This document shows, piece by piece, positions 22,919-36,600 of a stretch of DNA of 64,000 nucleotides. The notes beneath the pieces were generated by a model that was given only the letters and a program-made list of their open reading frames with translations, had not been told where the DNA came from and searched no databases. The stretch is from Lingula anatina (taxonomy: Eukaryota > Animalia > Brachiopoda), in the NCBI GenBank assembly GCA_051362555.1, contig CM120642.1, positions 1,984,001 to 2,048,000 of the forward strand. The letters run 5' to 3'. The translations under genes were made by a program, and so were the position numbers. How positions within the stretch are numbered: the stretch's first letter is position 1; every line of letters starts with the position of its first letter.

Positions 22919-25900
22919 ATGTGTGTGTGTGTATGTGTCCAATCATTGCATAAATTCGAAGATTGTCCATTAATGGGTGCCTTTCAGTCATAATTATTTC
23001 GATCAGAAAAACAAAAAATTGTCAGCATACTTAAAAGGAAGAGGAGATCGTTTCCGTGGAATTGTGTTTTCATTGTTTTGAGTCAAGGGATGATTTCGTC
23101 GAAAATGATTAACCTTTACATCTATTTGCCTTCCAGAGCTACACATATGTAAAGCAACAGTCCAGCACCGGGCTTCGAATTTCCTACAGTGGAACAATCC
23201 GCGCCGCCATAGCGTGCAACGGTTGTGCCACTGGATTCTACTTCAAGATTAACGGGGCAGAATGTTCCAACCCAGGCACCATTGAATTTGTGGAGTATCA
23301 TGCCTCACGCAGAGACAAGCACGAGCACGGATCATGTAATTATATATAGTCATGTTAGAAATCATGTTTTTGTATTATCGACGGGATTGTTTCTCGGAAA
23401 TCTTGTTGCCTGCATGTAACAACTGCTCTTAAAATATGACGTTATGTCATTATGGACATTTTTTATGTGTGCTTGTGTTTGAAACTTTGAGTTAAGATCA
23501 GTAAAAAGTAGAAAATTGGTGATGAGGTCAAAATTTCACAAATAGCTTTTACCCAGAATATCCAAAAAAAAAAAAACAGAACATACAACATTGAATGTCC
23601 AAAAAAGATATAGGACGCCATCTGCGGAAATTCAGTATCAAAAATCGAAAAGCCAACATACACTTGATTTTAATTCGAAATTAATCTGCAATTGCTAAAA
23701 TACTTTTTCTGGGACCTACTGCATATCGAATAATAACCATTAAATTGTGTTGGGACACTTGGAAAAAAATGTTTAACCGTCTCAAACCTTTAGGTCCACT
23801 TAAGGTGTGTTTCCCGTCTGATTTCGGCTTACTTGGCACAGGAAACCAGATGACTGCTGACAAATAAAATCAATTGCTATAGTATAGGGTACATCACAGG
23901 AACCAGATTTGTATTCTATAGTGAGCTAAAAAAACTTATCATCATCATCAGACGTCCCGCTGAGATGAGTGATTATAAAACAGGTCAATGCAACTTGGTT
24001 AGCAATGCAACTTTAGAAACTCCACTGATTAGAAATATGTCAATTTTGAGTGTGGGCGATGTTCTGTTTTAACGCATTTTTTTTCTATATTTTCTCAAAG
24101 TCTCTGGTATTTGCTGGGGAATTGCTGCAGGTACTCTCACCATACAGATACACATCCGAGACCGGGGTGGTGGGGCGGACGCTCACATGGGATGGAACTC
24201 ATACGGGTATTTCGCATTTGAGGAGATAGGACCAACCGGCACTGGTAAATTAAGCTGAATATGACCGTGCTCGTTATTGTCATTATATGTGTTTTCAATA
24301 TAATTCTTGATTCAATTTTGGTTATTGTAAGAAACAGTATGTTTCTTTCTAGAGAAATCAGCCATAGATGCCAACACACAAACGTGCGCTCGCGGTAATA
24401 ACTCTTATGAATTACTCTTATTTTTTCTTCAGGGTCATGTGATTCATATACTTTGTTCAACGTTAAAGAGTTTACCCTCCACCAGGAGATTTCAACACGA
24501 GATGAAAATGCATACATGGTATGTAAAGATTCAGCGTTGATTTTCTAGAGGATGCAAATATAAAGCCAATTTATAATAATACATATGCCAAATATACGCA
24601 CATGAAGTCAAATCTTTGCCAATACATACGATTAAATGCCACCATACACTTTCAAATAGCAAACTTCAAGGGAATATCAAAAATTTTCAGTGGTTTTCGT
24701 TTCATATTTCTGAAAAAATGACATGTATTTAGATATATACTTTTATCGTCTTCGCCAAACCGCATTTGAATTATTGTGCTATTGCGCGCGCAGCAGGAAT
24801 GCGTCATATATTGCTACGTCATTTGGCGGCCTTTTACGAACTACATGGACAGAGAAGGTCAAGTTTACGACCAGAAATTTAAATAAAATGTGCTTTTTCA
24901 GTTTTTATGGCTGATCGAGTGATTAATTTTGATTATGTTTTGGCATATGGACTTAATTTAAGTCGTATAAGAAACCGTAGTAGTAGCAGTGATTTATAAG
25001 TCTCACAGGGAAACTACGCTCACTTCATACGTTAGTATATAGAATGATTCTATAGAACGTATAAGGCGACATTTTAAACAAAATAACGGTTGGTAAGAAC
25101 ATCATGTTTATATTTATATTTATATACTGTGCTTAAATTATAGACGGAAACCTACACAAAGCGGGCGTCGGACACTAGTGTAGCAGTGTTCTTTACTGGC
25201 ACGCTTCACGAGTATGGAAATGGTCACTGCGCAAGATGGTACTTTAAGTTTAATGGGAATGAGTGCTCAAATCCGGGGATAATCGACGCATTCATATATA
25301 ACAACGGCGATAACAATCCACACACCTACAGGACATTTGAGTGTAAGCACAGTCATTTTAGTTGAAACTCGAAACAAACTTAGACAAGTGAAAATTCTGT
25401 TTAATTATCGTCTTTTCGGGTAGTTAATGCGTGCGAAGTACCTAATTAAATAGTCTCATCTCTATATTTTACGAAAAAAGATATTTAAACCTAGGACCAA
25501 TCAAACTAAAATCATGTATTCGATGGATCTTATTTTGAACATAATCAGCTTTTAAGTTAAAAGTTGCCAAACAGTTGCAGATTTAGTAGCAAGAGAATTT
25601 TTTTCCACACGTGTCACCAACGAAGTCTGTTTGTGTTGAAATAAGTGAATAAGTTGTATTAAGAGCATTAACTGAAAAGTGTATATAACTGGAAGGTAGG
25701 TGGAGAAGGGGGCATTTTTCATAACTCACAGTTATCATAAATTAAATGCGATTCTTTGACATCGAAACATTCTGAATTTTAACACCTTAAGTAAACCTAT
25801 ATGATAGTGCCACTATACAATCAGATCATTTGTCATTAGCCACAGATTATATTAAATACTAATTATAGATATTATTGCTTTCAGTTTCTGGAATCTGTAA

Positions 25901-28160
25901 CGGTTTTTCGGCCGGAGACGTTACAATAAGCCTACATACAGGGAGTTGTAGCTGGACGGGTGGCCAACATAGCCCTACGACCGGCTGGACCACCATTTCT
26001 AGAATAAGAGTGGAAGAGACTAGACTTGGCGTTGACGTCAGCGCTCGTAAGTATAGATGTGGCTGCGCTTCCAGTGTGATAACCGCACACAGCATAGGAC
26101 ATACAGTAATATGGCATATGATTGTTATGGGACATATTACCGCTATAGACCAGTATAGTAGCGATTATTTCATTGAAACAAGTAAAATGTCACGAAAGGG
26201 TTTCTCAACATTAGGACCCCAATAAGGCCAAGATCATTTCCTACCTGAATCCGCCCATGGCAAAGTCTACTTTTTGACCAAAATCCAAAAGGCCAAAGAG
26301 GGTATTCAAATGCAATCGAAAGTTTGCACCTTAATAACTTAGATCCTTCATTTCGAATAAAGAAAGGTATGGTCAGCCAGTGAAATAATTTGGAACCCTT
26401 AAGAAGTCAAGGTCACTCAAAATGTCAAAGTGAACCTCAAAATAAGAGTAAAGGCGCTGAGCATACTTTATTTTCACGAAAATGCAATTTTGTAACTTTT
26501 CTACAGGTAGCTCCTACTAAGTACCGCATTCAAATGACCACCTTTTGAATGTCTTAATAAGGTATTAAATTAAAATTAAAAGTACGAAATCAAAGGACAA
26601 TAGTTTGTTAATCATCGGAGGTCAAGATCATATTGGGAAATAATCTGGGCTCTATCCCCCCCCCCCAAGTGGACTAGAATCAGTCAAAAAAGAACTTAAT
26701 TATTATTTTTCCAACCTCAGACACTTATTTACTGGACTATTAGCAGCAAAATGTAGTATACTTTAGTACTTTGGTTGGTTACATTTCACAACGGATTTAT
26801 TGGTTGCTCCTTCTCTATTATATACTTGCATTTAACCATTAATGAATAAAACTAAAACTGAGTTTTTATGTGGAGACGTTCTGAAAAGCAAGTTTTGTGA
26901 GATACGTCATTGATTTGGCTACATGTGTATGCTGAAATGATTGCTTTTGTTTCAGTGGTGGGAACATCCGGCATTTCGGCTCTTAGGCTCCCCGTCTTCA
27001 ATCGCCAGTACTGGTGGTACCCTGTGATGAATTTTGATTCGGAAAGGACAACGGTCAAAGTAATTTTTTTGTCAATACTGGGACAAATACATGAATGAAA
27101 GCACTTGTTTTTTAGATCAAAATAAATTAGTGTTTTACTTAGTCGACTTAATTTGTTAAGAATGTTAAACTATCTTGATTGTACGTTAAGTGATATATTT
27201 TACAAGCAAAACCACACTAATTTTGTTTACTTTATTCCGTGCCACTCTTGAACTTCCCCAGATTGGTAGGTTAAAGCTTTAAGCGCTAAGTTGGCACCGT
27301 TATGACTGGAATGGGTGCCGGCTAAAAACTGTAGTCCTATCTCCATTGCTTTGTGCTTACCCGTACTAATCATATGGAGCCCGGACTTTCATTCCTAGGA
27401 CTTCCATTCCTGTTATACCGGTGCTAACCATACGAGACCCCGGACATCCATTCCTAAGACTACCATTCCTGTCACACTGGTCTTGTTTTGACTGATGTCA
27501 CACTTGGGATGTTATCATACCTTGGTCCATGACTCTTTGGAGATTTTGTTATGGAATGGTTTTATTTCAGAGTGAGACATATAGCAAGAAGTCTGCTCTT
27601 ACTGCTCTGAGAGTCCTATGGAATGGAGACACCCGTCAGTGGAACAACGGCCAATGTGCCCGGTGGTACTTTACATTTAACGGCACAGAGTGCAGCAATC
27701 CAGGCACCATAGAAAGTGTTAAATACGCCTACTACTATGATGCAAGCTCTGTCAATTTACATAGCCCATTCACAGGTATATTGGAACTATAACTTACCTT
27801 AGACTGAACAATGAGAGTTAGACCTTGATGTAACAAAAATGTGATATTTCAGCACTTTTTACAGAGAAGGTTAATTTCGCTTGTATTGGTAAACGAGTCT
27901 TTACATCAATATCTTTTCTCTCCCCCACCCCCCTTGCTGTCACGGGCGCGCGGGCCTGAGCGCACATAGACACAAACAAAGTTTTAATTCATTAACCATT
28001 CATTTCAGTACAAGGGACATGTGTGGGTCTGCCAGCTGGGGACATCACTTTGAATTTTGCCGTGTCTCATTGTTCTGGATACAGTGGGGAAAACGCCTTC
28101 ACCGCCTGGGGGAGTGCAAGCAATATGATGGCAGAAGAAATTTTCCTGGACACCTACTGA
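19453..28160 (+). CDS. Gene D: secreted PAN/apple + EGF-like + 3x CTHRC1 C-terminal-domain protein (600 aa, no collagen repeat)
   Basis: Exons 19453-19797, 22305-22419, 22746-22837, 23137-23335, 24101-24244, 24433-24518, 25144-25342, 25885-26046, 26956-27059, 27571-27775, 28009-28160 = 1803 nt, open, all GT-AG. PAN signature ARSNLECITKC..C.AVVF....CDLL. CTHRC1-like motif ALRVLWNG..CARWYFTFNGTECSNPGTIE..H..F.V.G.C.G...GDI recurs three times, with variation. Confidence 0.88.
21869..22111. mobile_element. Fully palindromic MITE in intron 1 of gene D
   Basis: About 110-bp imperfect inverted arms (e.g. GCGGCTTAGATGTCTG / CAGACATCTAAGCCGC; CTACTGAGGCTGCTA / TAGCAGCTTCAGTAG); absent from gene E. 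Confidence 0.75.
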
Positions 28161-28996
28161 TATACAAGTCTGTAACAAGGCATAAATTAAACATCGACGC
28201 CTTTGTACCTTCATAAAAGAATGTTTTTGCAGTACTTTTCATTACTTTTTGTTTTCGTTTTTATGTATGTGACGCTGTAACAGAAATGAAATGTTTCTTA
28301 TTGCATGTTTGCGTTATTGATTTGCTTCTGTATTCTAAACCCGATTAAGCCAACCATTAACTGAATTGATGCACTTACTAGTTACCGTATCGCAATCAAT
28401 AAACTTGCATTTCGTATCTAGGTTTCGTAACTGTGCATAATTTCATTTTTAACTTTAATTTTAATTTTTAACAGCATGTTTGTCAATAAACAATGTTTTA
28501 TTTTTAACAGCGTAAAGGGACCAATAAAGACGTGAGAGATAATTGCCGAAATGTGACTTAAAACACTCGCTCGTTGAGTTGATTTTGTGTGAAATTATTT
28601 GCATATTTCATTTAAACAGGTTGCTAAAAGGTTAATACCCTTTTGGACAAGACAAGTTACCAAGGGGGTGGTTTATCGGTACCGACATACCTCTTACACA
28701 TTTCTCTTTAAAGATATTCTATATAAGATGTAAGTTTTTTTTACACCAAAATATATTTTTACCTTTTAAACTGAATTCTTCTATATCAAATGGCAACTCA
28801 AAGCACCATATTTATATCGGTAAAACGCAGCATCGCACAAGCTGTATTTGCGTACATTACCGCTATCCGTCCGCTGACAATTTACTGTCACGCATGCGCC
28901 ATAAACTTCGCCTCTGTTGCTTCTGTTTTGCATACGGTTATTAAAGCGCTCACACTCCGTAAACCAGGCACAGTTTGGAGATGAACCCCCGACAAT

Positions 28997-31900
28997 ATGT
29001 GGAATACGTTGATTGCCGTTTACTGTCTTATGGTAGCGGCTTGTCTATTTCTTGACGTTTATGCGGCAACCGTCAAACTTTGTGGCGGCAATTTAGATGT
29101 CCAGGCACGGGGTATTCAACAAGTTTTTACAGATTTCACAACTGTGACGCAGGTTTTGGACAGTGTAGATGCACGTTCCAATTTGGAATGCATCACTAAA
29201 TGTTCCCAAAATGATTATTGTGCAGCGGTTGTATTCAGAGAGCGAGATCGGCGCTGTGACCTGTTAGATAGTCAGCAGGACGTCACCCAATACTCGTCAC
29301 CTGAAAAGACAGGCGTATGGGTTTCCAATCTGGACATCGTACTGGTGAGTGATGACATAAAAGTTCCTTTTTTTATTCGTTCAGTATCACATTTAGAGAT
29401 CACATGTGAGCAAAGGCATTTTTATTTGCTATTTGAATGGCTCCACGCACGGAAAAGTCATCTCTCCTCATCCATTTTAGAAAAAAAACCTTGAAACATG
29501 GGGCATTACTTATGTAGGAAAGATAAATATGTTCGCCTCCTGTTAAGTATCCAATATAACAACCGACCCAAAATCAAGTCGTTTGAAAAAACGATGATGT
29601 ATTTTTTTCATTTTTATGACCATAAAATCTTATTTGTTTTCCATTTTGGAAACTCACACGTTTAATATGCCTTTAAAGTGACATGACAGTCCGCCCTGCC
29701 TTACGGAGAAAAGTATCCAGTCTAATGAAAATGAGATAGATTATACGATCAGTGAGCAAAGATAGGTCAGGAAACAAACAATGAAAGCTTCGGATTGCAA
29801 TATTCTTTGCCGCGACATTTAATCTTATGAATGATTTACCTGCTTTACAAACTCTTAATATGAAAACGATTTTGAATTTCAACAAAGTGAATATAAAGGT
29901 GGAATAGTTTTTTCTATTTTCTTTTGTGTAAAGTAAAAATATTTTTGTTTCTCTTTATGCTAAAATGATGTCGTAAATATTAAGGTGCCTTGGGGGCAGA
30001 TTTATTCTTCTGGTGCAGGCTCACAGTCTTTTTTATCGTTCATAAAAGACAAAAAAATATTCTGTGATATTTTGATTTTACAGTAGTATGAATGCATTGG
30101 TTGAACATAGATTCTAATGATCAAAAAGCACCACTTTGTTATCAGTGTTTGTCACTGTAAGCAAAATACAAAGCTCCAAAGAAAAACAAAACGAACAGAG
30201 GAATCCCATTAAATTAATGCCGTCATTCTTGTAATACGCTTATGCTGAAATACATTGTAAAAATCACGATATAAAACATTGCTTCTATAAAGCTTGAATT
30301 TGAATGAGAAGCACTGTTTACTAAACAAAAACTATTGGATGACACAACAAAATCAATAGAAAAATAATCATTGAAAACAAATTAGGGGCAAATCCTTCTA
30401 AATGATCACGGAGCGATATCAAATAAAATGAGGAATATACTAATAATTGATCCTTACTTTTTATCCTCTTTGTGCTTTAATGGTATTGATAAATTTACCG
30501 TGGATATCATCAACCTGTTATGGTTACCTCCAGCTGTTGTTCATCGTTAAGACCAGAAGTAGTAAAACGAAACAGTTTCCTGTTCTTATAAGTTTTTATA
30601 AAAATATAAAACACTTCCCAAAAAGGTCAATTAGAGATAAACATTAAGTGCAGTGTCCAACGGAAGACGCTGAAGCGCCATTTTGGGGAAAAAATACCGT
30701 TTTTGGTTTTGGGATTTGAAAAGAAGCCTGTTTACATAAGTAACAATGTAGTGAAGCAAATGTGTAGTGAAGCCGTTGTAAGCAATAGTATTAGTAAATT
30801 CACGTGGATATCATCAACCTGTGATTGTTACCCTCGGGTATTGTTCATACTTGAGCCATCAATCCAAAAGCGGAAAATGGAGTGTAAAGGTTTTGTTGTC
30901 TGTGAACAGAGAAATATATATAATTCTATTCGGCTGAGCGAAGTGAATAAGAATGGAATTATTTTCTCCTAGTGTATGTATTTATTGTCTTAGTTTTGCT
31001 ATTGGTAAGAATTGTGGGTAAGTTACGATAGTTGTTCATTCGACCAGTTCTAAAGGCTCAGGTAACGTCTGAGTTGGAAAGCTTAAAGAGTGAAGTACAC
31101 GGTTCTTCTGACAAAGTTAAGAAGATTAAGTCCGAAATTTCTACCAAGCGGCGTCAAGAAGGCAACCGTATTCAATTTGAATTCAACACCTCAGGGCCGT
31201 GTTTTATCGCCATGCTTACATATATAGCCTGTTCACATATGTTTGTGTGAGCAACCATTAAAGCACATCTATTATAAAGTTAACTGATTATACAACATTC
31301 ATAGGGCTGATTAGTGATAACCACGAGACCAAATGCAGACGTAATATTGAATCAGTGGTTGAATGGTGTTACAATTTTTACCTTGTTCTGAATATTGGGA
31401 ATAAATGGTAGTAGAATTAAGAAAGAATAAGAATGAAAATAAGCCTGTTTACATATGTAGCCCTGTAGTTAAGCAAAAGTGAGATTTTACATGGCTTGGA
31501 GTTGATCTTAATTGCATCTTGACATGGAATTAATACATACACAAACAGCTTAGATAAACGAGACAAAGAGTTTACTTTAAAAGGGATTAAACAAGAAACC
31601 GATTAGTTTTATTTAACTTTAGACGATGTTTTAACTTTTGCTATGACAGTATGGTATGTGCCTGCCACAGAGGAGGACATTAGTAAATAAGGTGGACTTG
31701 CCGAGACCTGCAGAAGAAATGTGAGGGTTGGATCTCCCCTCTCTTAAAATATTGTTTTATGGAAAGGGTGGCCTCTAAACCCGAATAAAATATGAACGAC
31801 ACTATTCACCCTGCTAATAAACTTTTAAAATTTATCCCAAGAAAATGTAGACTTAAAACTTTAAGAAGGAGCTTTTATGCAGCTGCTACATATTTTTATT

Positions 31901-33600
31901 AATAAACAATTACTCTAAACCGTATTTGCGTTACAGATATTATTTCATTCATTTTTATTTTATTTGTTTGATCTTTTTTTAAACCCGAGATGGTAAGATT
32001 AATTTTTGCTTAAAGACCTTGTGAAAGAGGTAATCACTTTAATTTGGGAGCAGTTTTATTCCTCTGATACAAGCTCCCAATTTTCTTTTAATGTCCATAA
32101 AATAGACATAAGGAATTCAACAATAGATATAAGATTGAAATCATCTATAACATTTTGCGATAGTTTCATTGTACTTCTTCGTTTGTAAGCTTTGCTTGGA
32201 GAGAGATTTCAATGTGTTTGATTCACAAATGTATCATAATGAGCAAAAGGGAAACATTTCACGCTATAAAGCACACACACACACACACACACGTTTTTGT
32301 CCATCAAAGCCATTAAAATGCATTATTAATTTATTCTAGAGTAGTGCATGAGACCGAGACGAGAACATTTTATCTCTGTAATTGGAAGCAAAATACAAAG
32401 CTTCAACGATAAACAAAAGAACAGAAATTTCATTAAATTAATGGTTTCTTGATTACGCTCAAATACATTGTAAAATAATCAAAACATTGTATTCACTTCA
32501 CAAAGCTTTAAAATGGAAATGAGAAGGATTGTATTAACGCCCAAAACTATAGGAACACACTATAAATGACTTAAATATATCAATTAGAATACATTACTGA
32601 CAAATCCTTCTAAGCTAATGAACAAGATCAAATAAAACGTGTTAAACCACTAATTGATTGTTACTTTTTATCCACTTTGTGCTTTATAGCCCATAAGGTG
32701 TACCCTGATGTCGTTTGATAAAAATCATACATAATATTTTGCGATGTTCTGATTGAAGCACATAGTTTGTATGCATTGCTTAAATAGAGATTGTGTTTGA
32801 TTCACAAATGTATCATATTAATCAAAAGGGAAACATTTCATTTCACGCTATAAAGCTCACACACACACGTTTTTGTCCATCAAAGCCTTTTTTTAGACAA
32901 ATTTAAAATGCACTGCTCGGTAATTCTATTGCAGTGCGTGATACTGAGACATGAACACTTCATCGCTAATGTTTGTCATTGGAAGCAAAATACAAAGCTG
33001 TAACCATAAACAAAACATAAATTTCATTGAATTAATGGCTTCTTGATGTAGTGTGTTTACTCTCGAAAACACTAAAAAATCAAAACATTGTATGCCTCCT
33101 ACAAAGCTTTAATGTGTAAAAGAAAAGCACTGTATTAACGCCCAAAATAATTTGAAGGCACACTGACAAAGAAATATATCATTAGGATGCCTTAGTGACA
33201 AATTCCTCTAAACTAATGAGCAAGACCATTTAAATGTGTAAAACAACTAATTGATAGTTACTTTTTATCATCTTTGTGCCATATGGTTTATAAGATGTCC
33301 CCGATGTCGTTTCAGACCATTTTCAAAATTGCGAGTGTAGTTTATGTTTAAAGATCTCTTAATGAATAGTAAATATTACGGCCTATTGGGAGAAGGTTTA
33401 TTCCACTGATTCAGTCTTGCAATCTTCTTTTTATGTCCATAAAATAGACAATGGGATTTTAATAAGAGATATAAGATAAGGTTATCCATAAAATATTTTG
33501 AGATGTTTTGAATGTAGTTTGTATGCATTGCTTGAAGAGAGATTGCAATAAGTTTGATCACAAATGTATCAAAAGGGAAACATTTCATTTCACGCTTTAA

Positions 33601-33641
<41 letters not shown>

Positions 33642-36600
33642 TTTTGTCTGTCAAAGCCATTTTGTTGACACAAATCTAAAATGCAGTGTTAGGTTATTCT
33701 ATTGCAGTGCGTGAGACCGAGACGTGAACATTTTATCACCAATGTTTGTCACTGAAAGAAAATACGAAGCTTCAACGATAAACAAAAGAACAAAAATTCC
33801 ATTAAATTAATGGTTTCTTGATATAGCATGATTGCGCTCAAATACTTTGTAAAAAGTCAAAACATTGTATTCACTTCACAAAGCTTTAAAATAAAAATGA
33901 GAAGGATTGTATTTACGCCCAACACTATAGGAACACACTATAAATGACTTAAATATATCATTAAAATACATAAGTGACAAATCCTTCTAAGCTAATGAAC
34001 GAGATCAAATTAAAAGTGATAAACCACTAATTGATTGTTACTTTTTATCCACTCTGTGCTTTATAGCCCATAAGGTGTCCCCTGACGTCGTTTCAAACCA
34101 TTTCAGACCATTTAAAAAAATTTAGAGTGTTGTTAAATTTTAAAGATCTTGCGAAAAAGGTCTATAATAAAATAATTAATACGTAAATATTATGGTGATT
34201 TGAGAGCAAATTAATTTTTCTGGCCAAAAGGGAAACATTTCATTTCACGCTTTAAAGCACATTCATACACACGCACGCACACAAGTTTTTGTTTAGCAAG
34301 GCCATTTTGTTGAGACAAACCTAAATTGCATTGTTCATTTATTCTAGAGCAGTGCGTAAGATCGAAACGAGAACACTTTATTGCCAATGTTTGTCATTGG
34401 TAGCAAAATACAAAGCTTCAACAATTAACAAATGAACAGAAATTTCATTAAATTAATGGCATCGCTGTTGTTGTATGTTTAAGCTGAAATATACTGTTAA
34501 AAATCAAAACATTGTATTGACTTCTACAAAGCTTTAATGTGAAAAGGAGAAGCACTGTATTAAACAATTGGAAGACACACACACACACACACAAGGACTT
34601 AAATATATCATTAGAAAACATTAGTCACAAATCCCATTAAACAAATGAATGAGTTCAAATAAAAAGTGTAAAACCACTTATTGATTGTTACTTTTTCTAC
34701 TCTTTATGCTATAGAGCCCATCAGGTGTCCTTCGATATCGTTTCAGGCCATTTCTAATTTGTATGCATTGCTTGAAGAGAAAATTCAATGTGTTTGATTC
34801 ACAAATGTATCATTATGATCAGATGGGTAACGTTTTATTTCACGCTATATAGCGCGCGCACACAGACACAATTTTTTTGTTTACCAAAGTCATTTTGTTG
34901 AGACAAATCTAAAATGCATTATTAATTTATTCTAGAGTAGTGCATGAGACCGAGACGAGAACATTTTATCTCCAATGTTTGTCATTGGAAGCAAAATACA
35001 AAGCTTCAACGATAAACAAAAGAACAGAAATTTCATTAAATTAATGGTTTCTTGCTATAGTATGATTGCGCTCAAATACGTTGTAATAAGTCAAAACATT
35101 GTATTCACTTCACAAAGCTTTAAAATGGAAATGAGAAGGATTGTATTAACGCCCAAATCTATAGAAACACACTATAAATGACTTAAATATATCATTAAAA
35201 TACATTAGTTACGAATCCTTCTAAGCTAATGAACGAGATCAAATTAAACGTGTTAAACCACTAATTGATTGTTACTTTTTAATCTCTGTGTGCTATATAA
35301 TCCAGAAGGAGTCCCTCGATATCATTTCAAACTATTTCAAACCATTAAAAAAATTTAAGTGCAGTTTATGTTTAAAGATCTTGCGAAAAAAAGTCTACAA
35401 TAATACAATAATTTGTCGTAAACATTACGGTGTTTTGAGAGCAGATTTATTCCTCTGGTACAGGGTTGCATTCTTTTTTGAAGTTAATAAAACAGACAAA
35501 GGGATTTTAATAATAGATTCAAAATTAAATTATCCATAATATTTTGCGATGTTTTGATTGTTGCACATAGTTTGTTTGCATTGCTTGAAGAGATTTCAAT
35601 GTGCTTGTTTCACAAATGTATCATATTGATCAAAAGGGAAACATTTCATTTCACGCTATAAAGCGCGCGCACACATATAAGCTTTTGTCCATCAAAGCCA
35701 TTTTGTTGAGAAAAATCTAAAGTGGATTTTTAAATTTATTTTAGAGTAGTGCATGAGACCGAGACGAGAACATTTATTGCCAATGTTTGTCACTGGTAGC
35801 AAAATACAAAGCTTCAACTATAAACAAAAGAACAGAAATTTCATTAAATTAATGGCATCACTGTTGTTGTATGTTTAAGCTAAAATACACTGTAAAAAAT
35901 CAAAACATTGTATTGACTTCTACAAAGTTGTAATGTGAAAAGAAGCACAGTATTTAACAATTGGAAGACACACACACACACACACACAAACACACACAAT
36001 GACTTAAATATATCATTAGAAAACATAAGTGACAAATCCTTCTAATCAAATGAATGAGTTTAAATAAAAAGTGTAAAACCACTAATTGATTGATACTTTT
36101 TCTCCTCTTTATGCTAAAGAGCCCATCAGCTGTCCCTCGATATCGTGTCAGGCCATTTCTGATTTGTATGCGTTGCTTGAAGAGAGATTTCAATGTGTTT
36201 GATTCACAAATGTATCATTATGATCAGATAGATAACGTTTTATTTCACGCTATAAAGCGTGCGCACACAATTTTTTTGCTTACCAAAGCCATTTTGTTGA
36301 GACAAATCTAAAATGCATTATTAATTTATTCTAGAGTAGTGCATGAGACCGAGACGAGAACATTTTATCGCCAATGTTTGTCGTTGGAAGCAAAATACAA
36401 AGCTTCAACGATAAACAAAAGAACAGAAATGTCATCAAAGGTTTTGCTTCATACCGTCGGAATGGCCTTAGCGGAGTGTATTCTGCAGAAAACATGCCCA
36501 ACTAACGATATCTTTATCCAAATACACGAAGTAAAAGCTCATTTTGTAAATTTTGGACTCTAAAAAACGTCCTTTTTGCTTAGCCTGCGAGTTAATGAGC

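Noticed and set aside
24723-24914. ORF with an AG acceptor, a possible exon of gene D
   Set aside because: Not conserved in gene E and not needed; exon 24433-24518 supplies the correct phases and is conserved.
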